A stretch of 56,826 bases of DNA, the filler included, from Sphacelaria rigidula (Eukaryota), in NCBI GenBank assembly GCA_964200075.2. It is 5 parts of 5 records of this genome, joined end to end, with 100 filler letters (N's around TTAATTAATTAA, not from the genome) between each part and the next. Parts side by side here need not be neighbours in the genome. Positions count along the whole stretch, not along the records: positions 34,159 to 45,442 come from CAXNAA020005113.1; positions 45,543 to 56,826 come from CAXNAA020005114.1; 3 more parts are not named here. One strand, written 5' to 3'. Of this stretch, positions 36,311 to 49,200 are shown piece after piece. The translations under genes were made by a program, and so were the position numbers. Position 1 is the first letter of the stretch. Every line of letters begins with the position of its first letter. The notes under the pieces were generated by a model. That model made no database searches and was not told where the DNA came from. It saw only the letters and a program-made list of their open reading frames with translations.

Positions 36311-37987
36311 TGAACTTGTGATTAGAATTACTATATCTTTGGGACATTGCAGCGCGTTGTTCCAATGGTCAGCAAATGTACAACGCACACCATACCTCCA
36401 GGGCAATCCGCAGGGCGGCGGCCTCAAGCACATGCCTAGGGTGGTCGCTACTCGCAGCCATCCTCCCGTTCAAAGGTGCCCAGGATGATTCTGAATCTAG
36501 ACTTCACCTGACCCCAGCACCAGACACCAGACATCAGACACCACTTGGGCAAGAGGCCTTGTAGGAAAGTTCATTCAGGAACGTCATAGAATGATCTTTG
36601 TATGCATGGATGTAGCATTGTCGCTCATGTTCGCTGTGACTCGACAACTTTCTGCGTGATGACAGTCCCACAAGAGAAGGCCAAAGACAGACTGTATGTC
36701 TACTACCCCTCATGTGTTTGATCCTTCCGAGTCATCTGCATATCCCTTCGGGGTCCTAACAGCCCGCCTCGAAGTGTATAATGAGCGCCGGTGGTATCTC
36801 TCACCTCAGTAAAGTTCTTTGAGGGCATTTGTCTACGGATGCGCCCATTTTTTTTTTTGCAATCGGGGGCCAAACCCGAGGCAGGAGGACACAACCAGAA
36901 AAATAGCCGGTGTACGCATTCGGTTGTTCATTCCGCTTCTGACATGCAACTGTTCTGTACGGTATATCTGTCGACCGTAGGTCGTTTACTCAGTGCAGTG
37001 TGTGTTCCGCTCGATGTCCGGCTGCTACAGTACAGTGCAGTAAATTATGCCGTGCAAGCACTGTACCCCCGAGAACGCACTTGAGAACAGAAGAGGGCGT
37101 GGGCAGACCACGACACTTGAGAACAACCATCAAACCAACCACACCGTATTTTTTGCTCGGGACTTTTTGCATGAAAAAACTGTCGTGATGAAGACCGGAG
37201 GCAGAGATTTGGCTCCGACGTCACTACGGTTGAGAACAGCGGGATGACATTTTATTTGCATTTTTGATGTTCTGTTTTTCTTCGAGGGCAAACACTCCAT
37301 TGGCATGCATATTATCGTGCTCTTCGGCCCGATAGTTTGGAAAGCTTGCTTGCATGCAGGAGTAAAAGCCTTGGTCTAGAGGGTTCCTAAGATATCTGAA
37401 TATCTCACATAGTATCGTAGTTACTTTCTATAAATCACGCTACGCAGCTGTCATGCCGTCACTGAAAATTCATCATAGTCACATACCAATGAGATACTTA
37501 TATTCAGCCGTAAAAAATAAGAAATGAGATAGATGACCGATCGCATGCAAAAAACTCGATCAACCATTAGGAAAAAGTCGAAGAGCGTAAAAATATTTAG
37601 CGCTGTCTGTACTCCAGTGTGGTCAAATTTTGATCTTCCAACAAGTTCACACATCTTCGTATGAAAAACGATACTAATTTCAAGTATACCCCAAAATACG
37701 ACCACCCCGTGTTGCCGCATCAGCTGAACCGAGAGCCTTCACAACAAAACTGCCTGCCCCCCCCCCACCACGCTTCCACAGGGGTGTGTGAAGCCCAGCA
37801 CCTACATACCCGTAGTACCCGGACGGGGCCAAGGGGTGTAGAGAGAATCCCTTGCTCCCACACCGGCGCCATCGAGTGCAGGCTGGCAGATAAAGTGGGG
37901 TATATTCGTGTGTACCGTTGGACGGGCTAGGGCATACAGCAAAATCACCAGAACAGACCGCAGCAGAACTGGAGAACCAGCACCAGC

Positions 37988-40874
37988 ATGTCTCTCCCAA
38001 GCTTTAGAGATGTGTTTCGAAACATCTCGTTCCAAGGTGAACCTGCGAAAGGCGCAAGGGCAGGGGCTATACCACGTAGGGAAAGAGCGAATTCAATGAG
38101 TGCACTCACCAAGGGCTGTGTTAATGTCGTAGAGGAAAGGCCGGTCCGCGGGAGAGAAGAGCGCAGGCAGCAGGCTGGTGGGCAACGCAGGCGAAGGCAC
38201 GACTTCGAAATGGACTCTGACAACTCGTGGGACTCCCCAGCACCCAGCACCCACAGCGCTTTTTCCGAGGCGAGTGGTTCGACGGCCGCCGGGGCGGACG
38301 CCAGTACCGGGGGCTGGAACGGTAGTAGTTCTTCCCATGATGGGAGCGAGTGTACATGGGACGGGACGGGAGATCCCGATGGGCACAGCCTTATCGCCAC
38401 ACCAAATGGAAGCGGCAGCTCGAACGGTAGCACTTACAATAGCCAGAAACGTGCCCGCTTCGCTTCCTCACGGTCACTCAGCATGCGTGCCGGCGGTGGC
38501 AACGGCGGCGGGCGCGGGAGTGGGGTGGGAGGAGAGGTAAAAGACAGGACTGGCCTGGTGCGCTCGAAGTCCGTGTTGGAGTCTGGCTTCCCCCAGCACT
38601 CGCAGTCGCATTCCACAGAGGAGTGGCGGGCCGTCCAAAAGGCGGCGAGGGTGCTAGGCGTTGACTCTTTAGAAGAGCGGGATGTAGAGGATCGGCAACG
38701 TTTTTCAACGCGGAAAGCTGCTCAGGTGCTGGGCGTGGAGAACGTGGAAGAGGTGAGAGAGATGCAGGAGACCGCCACTGGACGCCAGAAATGGGCGCCG
38801 CCGAGGAGCAGTGCTTCGAAAGCGGCGCGCATGTTGGGTGTAGAGGATGTGTCGGTTTTGGAGGAACCGGCGACGGGAAGGGGCAGGCGTAGTAAGTCGT
38901 CCTCTCGACATCAGAGGTCGTCATCCGTGCCAAAGGACGGGAGAACGAAGGCTCCTGGCATCTCGAGCCTCATCCGAGCACTCGAGATTGGGGGTGCTCC
39001 TCAGCACCATGCAAGTGCAGGAGACGGTGGGAAGGAGGGAAGCGGAGGGGAGATGGGCAGCAGTCCTCACAGTTACGCCACGCGCCGCACGGAATCCTGC
39101 AGCAGCGCCAGTGATGTCACGATAGCTGATCGTGAGACTGACGGCACGTCGATTACACCAGGCTCCTTGGGGAGCAACAGCAGCAGCGGTAGCAGCAGCG
39201 CAGCGGCGGCGGCAGCGGCGGCGGCGGCGGCGGCTCACGTCATGAGTAGGTACACCCCGGAGCCGGCGGACGATCAGATAGCGGGCCTGCAGACACCGGC
39301 ACAGAGAGCGGCGGCCGAGGCCGGCGCCAGCGGCAGCTACACTCGCAGTCGCGATGACATGGAGGTTGAGACGCCCCCGGCGCAACCTCGCTCCGCTGCC
39401 CTCGCGTCTCTCACGCACTCGCCGGCACCCTTGCACGCGCCGTACATTCTCTCTGGGTCGGGTGCCAACCGCCTCCCGCGTTCGCCACAGGGACCGGGTC
39501 CTTCGCCGTCTGGGTCGCCGCTTGCCTCGGCCCGCCTACCGCCGTACGGTATGATGTCTGGAGCGCCGCCAAACACGGTTGGTATGCGGTGTGCACCCGG
39601 TTTCTCTGTCGGCAACGGGACCACAAGCGGCAGCGACGGGGATCGCTCTACACCTCCTTCGCCGCTAGTCCTCTCGGAAGGGAAAGATGATTTCGGTGAG
39701 GATGGGGCGGCAGCGGATGAGAAAACGTCGCCTGCTAGGCGGATGGAGAGGGAGGCAATCGGGGACAGGCTGGACCGAGGCCTGGGTTGGGCCAGGCCTG
39801 CCTCTGCCCCGATACCATCCCAGGCAAGCGCTGATTGTGACTCAAGTCCTACTGCCGCTGCTGCTGCTGCTGCCGTGGCTGCTGCGCGCGAGCGTGCATC
39901 GAGATCCATGCGCGACGAGGCCAGGAAGAATATGACGACGCAATCTATGCCGCTACCATCGCCGATCGAGCCGACCGCGGGGTGGAGAAGAGGGTGGTCG
40001 GCTTCGGCTTCGCCAGCGTTTGCTGTCGCGGGTGCCAAAGAAACGCCTCATCAGGTGCGCAGCGGCTCTGACCACCGAGTCAGGAGCGAGAGAGGTGGTG
40101 AGGAGTACAAGCCGTGCATGGAGTACAAGCCGTGCATGGAGTACAAGCAGGAGGCTCCCATGGCACCAGCGATTGGTGGGGAGTGCTTCGTGGCACCGGC
40201 GCGAACATCCTCCCGAGAAGTTTCGAGAGGCCATGAGTACACCGGGTACGGTCACGCGATCGCATGGGGTTCGGCACACGAAACGCCTGCTGCAGAGTTC
40301 AAGCACGAGTCCAACGGCCCGGCGCCGGGAGACTGGCATGCCCCACCGGCCCGACCTTCGTCGGCGCCGATTCCAGGAGCCCCACAACAGCGGCCGCGAC
40401 CTCAACCGCCATACACCGACCGCTACTCACCGGGCGTGCTCGTGGAGCCCCCCCATCCCATGGTAGTGTCATCGGCCCCCACAGCCGCCTTCTCCATGGG
40501 CGTCGGCGGGGGTGGGGTTGCCGTTGGAGGAGGCGTTCCTCCAGCCCATGAAAGTTCTGGAAGCGGTGGCAGCGGCAGCGGCAGCGGGGGTAGCGGATCG
40601 GGCAAGGGGTCCTATTCGGCACTGGCGGCCTTGATTCCGTTTGTAAGCCCTCCAAACCCGATGGGTATTGGGTCGTCGCCCCCCGTGCCCGTAGGTTTGC
40701 CGCTGGTCAAGCAGAAAGACGTGTGTATTGTGCCCCAAGCGGCAGCTGTGGGGCCCGCAACCAAGTCCAAGTCACGACGGCGATCGACTCCCAAGGGCGG
40801 GCAGATCATGGTGGAAAATGCGGCCGTGGTGACTCCCGTGGATACTTCGCCGGTGCCAACTGTCCCGCCTGAGG
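37988..40874 (+). CDS. Large first coding exon (~962 codons) of an unknown, largely disordered Ser/Gly/Ala/Pro-rich protein; 3'-partial
   Basis: Uninterrupted 2.9 kb ORF from ATG with GC-rich coding-like composition, ending at a consensus donor GAGG|GTAAGT. Three KAAxxLGV repeats. No recognisable folded domain; downstream exons not established. Confidence 0.8.
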
Positions 40875-43699
40875 GTAAGTGATACTATGCAGTGCTGTCG
40901 TGTCGTCTTTCCGATCATGGGGTCTGCTCGATTCGTGCCGATTCATCTTATCGTAAAGTCTTGCGAACATACCCACATATCTAGCTCGGTTGGAGATGTG
41001 TGGTGACACTTCTGTGTTATTATTGAGGAATCTTCATTCTTTGATGCTTCGCTCGACATGAGGTTCCAAAAGGTGCGGCTAGGGTTTCGAAGTGGTCATT
41101 ATTCACCCTTTCGGCACACACGGGCGTCTCGGGATGCGGTGTTTGTTCAGCCCATTGCCGCCTTTTCCTATTTCCTGGATGATTTTGGACTAATTCAACA
41201 CAGTCTCTGGGGCTGAACACTTATCATCTACACGGAAATAAACGCGTAGGCCATCTTGAAATAAAATGTTCCCAAATGAAGCGGGGGGTGGGAGGAACCT
41301 CCACGTTATTCGGTGCCACTGTGCCATGTGACACTTTAACGTTGCAAATCTGGAAATAGAGGAACTTCACGCCTCGCACAAAAAAATTCAAGGGAAAATA
41401 GTCTGATGCTATTTGACGCACATAGCAGTGTCAGCTCCTCGCACAAGCTCAGCCATAACTTCATTAACCCCCGCTCCCACGACATTATATGAACCCTGCC
41501 TCACTTAACTTCTGTCCCATCTACTCCGTATTCTGTAAAGGGGACGCATCACACCGCTACCAGCTGTAATCAGCAGCCTAGTGATGCTCGGCAGCCAAAT
41601 GCCATGGATCCCCCCATTTTTGTAACAAGTGTGTATCAGATTTGTTCAAAATCTGCTGTTTCCAGCCGTTGGAAGAATGTTCCTCTCATTTTTTTTTGTA
41701 AAGAGCACGGCGCCGAGTCGTCCCCGCTGTGTCCACTTTTGTTACTTATCGACCTCCGTTTGAGTAGCTGTCAATTTCCACCACGGAGGGTTGGGGGCGA
41801 GTCAAACGGTCACCCCGCTGTCATCGAAGTGCGTTTCGTCACTCATGTTGGAACCGATTTTCGATATAGGCTTATTTCGCCAGTTGCATTACTATCGTGA
41901 ACCGTAGCCTTTATGAGCTCAAAAGTATGTTCCTTTGCCTACCAAGGACGATTTTACACCTTGCGCTCGTGGGGGTCGGTCCGCACCAAAAATGTCTTGT
42001 TCCAGATGCCCACTCTCCCTGTGGGAGTTCATGGTACCACTGCGCACATCATCACTAGCGCACGTGATCGATGGTCTGTGTCGCACTACTGTATGATAAA
42101 GTGTGGATCCAGCCATATGGTCGATAGTTTAACTGCCGTCTGATGACTTGTGTAGGAAAGTATCAGGGGCTAACTTCTGGGTATTATTATCTTGCCCGGC
42201 CATTCAAATGTTGAAAGTTGGCGCTCACGGAGTGATTGACTCAGCCGAAGGAGGACGGAGCACTAAGTATCATGATGCAATATGAAGCAACTGCTTTCGT
42301 TTTTGTCCCAGCGTAGTCAAGCGGTAAACGCCGAAATTCTCATTCGCAACACCCTTCTTATCTCACCCCCGCCCTCCCACCGTCTCCCTGTCGACCCCCC
42401 CCTCCTGCTCGTGACGGGTCCGTAGTCTCATGGGATCAGCTGATCTCCCCGCTGGTACCTGCCTGATTTTTTTCCCGGGTTTTGAGACGGCAATCTCGCA
42501 GCCAACACGATAAATTGTTTCTGTCGGCGTTGGGACCCACTACTCAACCCCCCAAGGATCCGATGATTCTCTAGTTTGATCATCGGACCCGGCGACTCTG
42601 TAACGTCTTGTTTATAACGATGTTTTGTTGTATTCCTGAGGGACATTTTTTTCTCAGGTCAGCGCCCCCCCCCCCGTCGCCCTTTGGCTTTCTCGTCGAC
42701 TAGCGGTGTTGAGCCAGTTTTCGGAGATATCCTAGCCTAGACATTCACTTTTCGTTTTGAGCCAACCGTTCTGGCGCCCTCGGCCAACGTGCAAATGTAA
42801 CAATCCCGCCGATTCTTGGAAGATGGCAATGATGTACGCGTAGATGGCCGGTAGTTGGCCGTCCTGGCGCTTCACAAACTTTTGTTTCGAGCTGGAAGTA
42901 TTGACCGATAGGATAAAGTAACAGTCTCGACACTGCCAAGGGAGGATTTTTTTCCAGGGCTGTGTCTCCTAATACGGCCTAGCAGCATACAGCCGCTGAC
43001 CGAAGCAGGGGTTTGTGGGAAGGACAAAGTTGCCACTATGTTTCCACGCTCATATTTTGCTTGTGTGTCTCAATTTGTGATTGTCCTGCTCAACTGTCTG
43101 TTGACCGGGCTGGGGAAATTTCTGTTAACCCCAACGCACCGGTACGCGCCGCCTGCGCCACGAGCTCTCCCCGGCAAACATGATGAGTGCACCAGCTGCT
43201 CAACAACGTTTCAACAGTTGCTTTGTGTGGGACCCAATGCGTGTACAATCCGTCGGCGCAATTGCGGCTGCTCTGTTAAACTGCTTTGAAATTGTGAGAC
43301 GGGCCCCGGCTCGTGTACGAATGGCTGTAATATGTACGACGCCGGGCATTAGTATGCCAACGTTTTTTTCTTCTGTTTTTTTTCTGCTGTAGGGATTGGG
43401 AACAGCACGGCACGTTACATACTCTCTCGCAATACGGGCTTCCCTGGGCGCTGTGTCGGTGCTCCAGTTTTCGAGTTGGGGTTTGTTGATGTGAAGCACA
43501 TACATGTTGGTAGTCGTGGAGACAAAGAATCTCTCGTTGATGATCAGCAAGCAATCCTTTATTCAATTAAAACCTTCTTCCTTGATTTAACCCAGGCAAG
43601 CCACAGTTACGGAACTTCAAGAAAATCACAAACCGGGTTGATGGAATTATGGGATACCAGGAGTGTGACGGGCGAGGAGACCGGGATTACGGATTCTCG

Positions 43700-44040
43700 G
43701 GAACCTTGAGAACATGCTTTCCACACGTAGTTTTCCCATCAGAAATCACCATTCGGACTCCCGGTTATTGAAGACAAAAATATCGGTTGGTTTGCGTAGC
43801 GCTACAAGGGTCAAAACATGCGTCCAGACCAGACAAACACGATAAGATGTCGCGAAACGGGATTACGGAATGTCGGGAATCTTGAGATCGTGCTTTTCAC
43901 ACGTGATTTCCCCAGCAGGAACGATTATCCGAACCCTCGAGTGTGAAAGAAAAACACACTGGTTGGTTTGCGTAGCGCTAGAAGGGTCAAGCTACGCGTC
44001 TAGACCAGACAAAAACGGTAATATGTCGCAAAACGTCGAC
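43700..44040. repeat. Diverged tandem duplication, ~177 bp unit
   Basis: GGTTGGTTTGCGTAGCGCTA.AAGGGTCAA...GCGTC.AGACCAGACAAA occurs twice (near 43786 and 43961). Confidence 0.8.
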
Positions 44041-44984
44041 GCCTGGCCCGTGGGTTTTAGGGCGTTCACTTCTGAGCATCACGCTGTCGACTGTGCGTGT
44101 CGATGTATATTAGCCCGGGGAAATGCGTGATGCCACGCCCTGAGCGTCTTCCGAGGCCCGCATTACGGTACCATCACGCATGAGGTTGTATGGATACGGT
44201 ATCAGAACCTGTGTCGGAATTTTGCGGCCTGGAATTGACCGCCGCTCTAAGTCATAGTTTGACATGATTATTCTTGTCTCAGTCTACGGTCTGTTCCACC
44301 TTTCTGTTTAGTTTATTCTTATTCTGCGAGTGTTTGCGTTTTGACTCCAGTCTGACACTGCCTGCTGGAACCCCGGATATCTGGCGGAGCCTGCCCCCCC
44401 CTAAGACCGCGTCCATACAGCCTTTCTAAATATCTCAGAGGACTTGTGTTCAAAATTGCAGGGTTTACCTCGAAAAGAGGGCATCAAGGATCACCCTCAC
44501 GTGCGTTGAAGTATACCACAATACGTGGTACCGACGTTTTCGTTCTGCGCTTGAGCACAGATGGACCGTTTGCGATCAGCTTTTCGAGTTACGCAACGAA
44601 ACTTTGTACACGCGTTCCTTGAACTATATCGGGACGAGTCATGTTAGATGCTGTTTTTGAAGTAATCTGTACTGGCTTCTGGGGTTCCTCATGCTAGGAC
44701 GGACCCCTGGAAGCCGGCAGAGGACGGATAGTATTTGAAGTATTCTCCACGGGTTTTTTCCCCCGTTCGTAGCATCCAATCTATCAAACTGCCAAGTTTA
44801 AGGATGATCGGAGCACTTGTAAGAAAGTCACGAGTCAAAATGGGAGGAGGCTTTATGGGTCTTCAATGCATGATGACAGTGAAAATCCGACGATGCCAAA
44901 CCCCACATCACCGGATTACCACGTTTCGGGGATCAACTCGATCTCGCACTAACCGTTTTTGAACACGAGCTGGTTCACGGTAAA

Positions 44985-45358
44985 CACCCAAAATTGTGTC
45001 ATCAACAAATGCCGTCCGCAATACGCACCCAATAGTCGCATATATGGTATCATATTGACCGCAATGAAGAGACGGAGGGTGACATAGCCGGATTTTCGTT
45101 TTAAGGCCGTAGCGGTGGCGCTATGGACGAAAATTCGTCTCAACCAATCAGCGCCCTTCAATCTGTTCGGAGATCGAAATTACGAATTCCAAGCCCAATT
45201 TCACTCAATCTCCACATGCTTCCGTAGTAACCGTCATCGGCACGGGAATCTAACGAGAAAAACATATTTTTAAAACGGTTACTACGGGGGTTGAATTATA
45301 CCCGAAACCGTGATGTTTCGGTGATGTTGGGTGTTGGCGTCGTCTAATTTCCACTAAT

Positions 45359-45360
<2 letters not shown>
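44985..45360 (+). repeat. Dispersed repeat family, copy B
   Basis: Shares the motifs listed for copy A. Confidence 0.8.

Positions 45361-45431
<71 letters not shown>
45360..45431. repeat. (ATT)n microsatellite near contig end
   Basis: Near-perfect trinucleotide run. Confidence 0.95.
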
Positions 45432-45433
<2 letters not shown>

Positions 45434-45442
45434 CCATCACAT

Positions 45443-45542
45443 NNNNNNNNNNNNNNNNNNNNNNNNNNNNNNNNNNNNNNNNNNNNTTAATTAATTAANN
45501 NNNNNNNNNNNNNNNNNNNNNNNNNNNNNNNNNNNNNNNNNN
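45443..45542. other. Artificial contig linker N44-TTAATTAATTAA-N44
   Basis: Identical 100 bp spacer. Confidence 0.99.
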
Positions 45543-46231
45543 CCCCCCCCCCCCCCCCCCCTCCGTCCGAAAAGTCCCATTTTCACCGTCGATCTTCCTC
45601 TCACCAAATTTCCTGAATGAGTCTAAAGTTTTGCCGAAACGGGTTTCATGGGTCTCAGTGATGGACGAGAGATAAACGGGCCTTGCCTGTTATGTACGTG
45701 AAGTATCAGGGCAAAATAATCCTACTCTACAAGTTTTGGGTGTTTTATTTCGTGGAAGGAGGTGCGTTTTTGTGTTGGAGAGTCCATTCTGACGGCACAT
45801 GCTCCGCCTACATCTGCAGTATAGCCCATCGGACGCAACAGTCGGGTTTGCGCAAATAGCACTCTGTCTGATCCGGCTTGTCGTGATGAGCTGGGGCATG
45901 TTGTGTTTTGTCAGGCATGCGAGCTGGGTACGTGAGTGGGATGAGAGTAAGTGGACCGTCCCTTTTTCATGTTGTTCTCTCCGTAAAGAACTAGAGATGG
46001 GACGGTCCACGCGTCCAGTATATAACCATGGTCACAGACACGGGTCAACCGTTCCGGTGGTACACAGTACGTGACTGCGGAGTGCTTTCACGTGGTATCC
46101 GCTTACATGACCCGTCGATCACGAACTGATGCGTACTTACTTTTTCGCCTGCTCTTCACGTCAATTGTCTCACCACCACCACCACCACCACCACCATCAC
46201 CATCATCATCATCATCATCAACGACAAACAG

Positions 46232-49200
46232 GCATTACGGGCCGAAAAAGTAAAGCCTCCTTACCCAAAACAAATCCCGCTAGATAACGTGGCCAAATTC
46301 TCCCGACTCCTACCGAAGACCCACATATTCGAGAAACATAAGGCGCGATCGGAGTCTCTGCCCGCTGCAACGTCACCCCCAACAGCAACAACCAGAGCAG
46401 CAGCAGCACGTGGCTCTCCTTCTGCAGTCAACAGTGACATGTCTCATGCCGGGGATCCCAAACTTGCCTCTTCGAGGACGAGCACGGGCAACTACACTGA
46501 GGGCGATTCGTCTGTGGGCGGTCCACATGCGGGAAAAGTAACCAAGCAAAGTGGACGGGGACGTAGCGATGAGACATCCGGACCGGTGTATTCAGGCAGC
46601 AGGGGCATACCCGCGAGCGGCAAGGAAGCTGTTTCCAATCTTTCGTCAAAGGGTAAGAAAGGAGATGCTTCCGGAAGCGCGGGACATGCAGTAAACCCTT
46701 CATTTCGACAGGATAGCACGTGCGTTGCTAGAGAGTGCTGGTTCGTCGTCGATGGACGATCTTCGGATCGGTCCTTTGCTGTTTGCGGAGCAAAGTGGGA
46801 TGTCATCTTTTCGGGATACGAGTGGGGGGGGAGGGTGTAGTCATGACATTGAATGCCGTAGTCATATGACCATGGATACGGGGGGTGGGGGGCGTAGTCG
46901 TCGTAGTCATATGACCATGGAAGTCTTCTGATTGGAAATGTGTTGGCACGCTTATACAAGTGATTTGTGCGCATCTGTCAATGCTTGTGATCTGGGTTAA
47001 GGACTGGTTTCACGATTGTTTGTTTTGCTTTCTTGTTTGTAGGGCAACTAACTGTGCGACCCTACCGCACCTCACACGCCGCAAGGAGACTCGAACTCTC
47101 AGGGTGAGTTCATTTGAGAGAAGACGAGGGATTCTGATGCGTCATTTTGGTTGTCGCCTCTTGGCACAGTGAAGGAAGCTTTTCCATGGTTGGCGTGATG
47201 TGAACTCTTGCGATAAACTTGAAACGTTACAGGGATTGACACGAAACAGCGCGATTCAGACTCTATGGTGGCTGCTGTGGGACACTACGGCCCGGGGGCG
47301 CGGGGGATGTTCACGTCGACGGACGATATAGGCAGGGCGGATATGATGAGGGCGAATCAACGACATCAGATGGTCATCGAAAGGCGGGCAAAACGAGGAG
47401 GCGAGTCTTGGTCGGTGGACGGAATTTTTGAGCCGTTTTTTTTTTTTTTTTAATTTTTATGTCCGCCTCGCTGCATGAACCTTCGGTACTTTTCGTGACC
47501 ACTCTCATCGCCCAGCCCCTTGATCGCAAAGCTTGTCGTCGTGGGTACGTGTGGGTAAATAAATCAAAGGAGGTGCTCTTGGATATGATGTGCAAACGAT
47601 TTCATTTTTTTTCATTTTCCCCTTTCTTTCTTTCTTTCTTTCTTTCCAACTTCATGCTTGGGTGAGTCACGCTACGGTAGGGGTTGCACGGGTGGGCCCG
47701 AATCTTTCTCGTGCAGGGTTTAGGAACTACACAAGAATGCAGGTCAGGATAATTCCGTTCGAAAATTCATTCAGGATATCCCTAGCCCGTTAGACTACCA
47801 GTCGGCGCATCCTCTCACATATTCCACAGGACGCTTATTTGGATGAGATGCAAGGCTCCTACAAAATTGAACCTCGGAAAATATTTCACGATTCGGAAGG
47901 ATCATCGCCGATTCGAACCACCAAATCCACGAGTTTTCAGGCCTGATTGCTCAACAAAGATAAAACAAAGTTGACCGCTCGTCGAAAAGGTCTCCACGCA
48001 ATTTTTGCGCCCATTCCACGTGCCTGGGCTGCGCGTACCCGGGTTGCAACGCTGAACACAAAAGCATAAGGACTGATTCGTACGGTACGAATCAATCACG
48101 TTAAAATCAAGTGATTTCCAGGCGAATCAGTAATCCCGACCCTTGAAATATTTTGTGCACCCCTCACGTAGCACCAGTCGGGTCATGTTTTTGATTTTTG
48201 CATCCGGACTAGGCCGTAGCCTCGGAGGTTCAATCCATCGCTTGCCCCGTTCCGTCCCGTGTATTCCGTCGTGGAGCATTGGATAATCGCTGTCAACACG
48301 TCCGCGGACCGTCTTTTTTTTTTTAAATCTGTTGAGCACTCTTTTCTAACAGGCTGATGTTCCTGTGAGTTCGGTTGAGCGGTGGCGGCATTCGAATCCA
48401 CGACCTTCACCCAAGCGAGTCCTGGTGTCTCTCAGTTTGATCGTTTGTTTTGCTTCACAGCGAAGCTGTTCTCGAAGGGCAGCTGTGCTTCCTTTTTTTA
48501 GAGCATGTGTCGTTGATACGTTGTTTCCACGGTTACTTGAAATAGTTGTATTGTCGGGGTGGTCCGGGTGTTTGCCCCATGAATGTCGTGATTTTTGTTT
48601 CACGTTATCTCCAGCAGACGCCTTTGGAACCCAGCAGCAGTCCGCCTATTCCATCCCACTCGCGGCTAATTGTGCATGTGCATGTGCGTGGTATTTGGTC
48701 ACAACCCACCCGGTTTGCTTCCAGGACTCCGTTGTATGACTAATCTTGAGCGTGCTGGCCCTGAGGGCGAGGGTTGGGCGAAGACTCCCATTTCTCCCAT
48801 TACATGTTCTTGTGCGGAGTTGCTGTGCGGCCGTCGGACTGCCGTCATTTCTTACCTTGACATGGAAATTGTTTTATGAAGAGGACGGAAACACGGTAAA
48901 TGCAAGCGTTCATCTGCAGACCTTTCACTTCGTCACATCTTGCAGTGATCGTACGCGAACGAGTTGGCGTCATGATTCAAAATGAATGAATGTTCATTGG
49001 TCGCTCTGTGGTAGGGTTCGTGACAGCGGCGGTGACGTGTAAGAAGAGACAAGCGGCGATAACTACTGTCCTCCACTGGTTTACGTACCTTTTGCGGGTA
49101 TTTGTCTTCTCAACCCTTCCTCATTGTTTCCCTAGCTGCACCGTGTCTACCGTCGAGTAGAATGCTGTCTACCTTTTGCGATGCAACGGTTTGTGTCAAA

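Noticed and set aside
38093-40809. Many overlapping short ORFs on both strands within the 964 aa ORF
   Set aside because: Expected shadow ORFs of GC-rich coding sequence, with no independent motifs.
42660-43600. Candidate downstream exons of the 37988 gene (acceptors near 42660 and 43392)
   Set aside because: The frame required by the phase-1 donor hits stops or lacks a convincing donor; it may be a decayed unrelated gene or TE.
48310-48420. Second SINE (minus-strand B-box-like GGATTCGAATGCC with a nearby T-run)
   Set aside because: No clear A-box and no second copy in the window.
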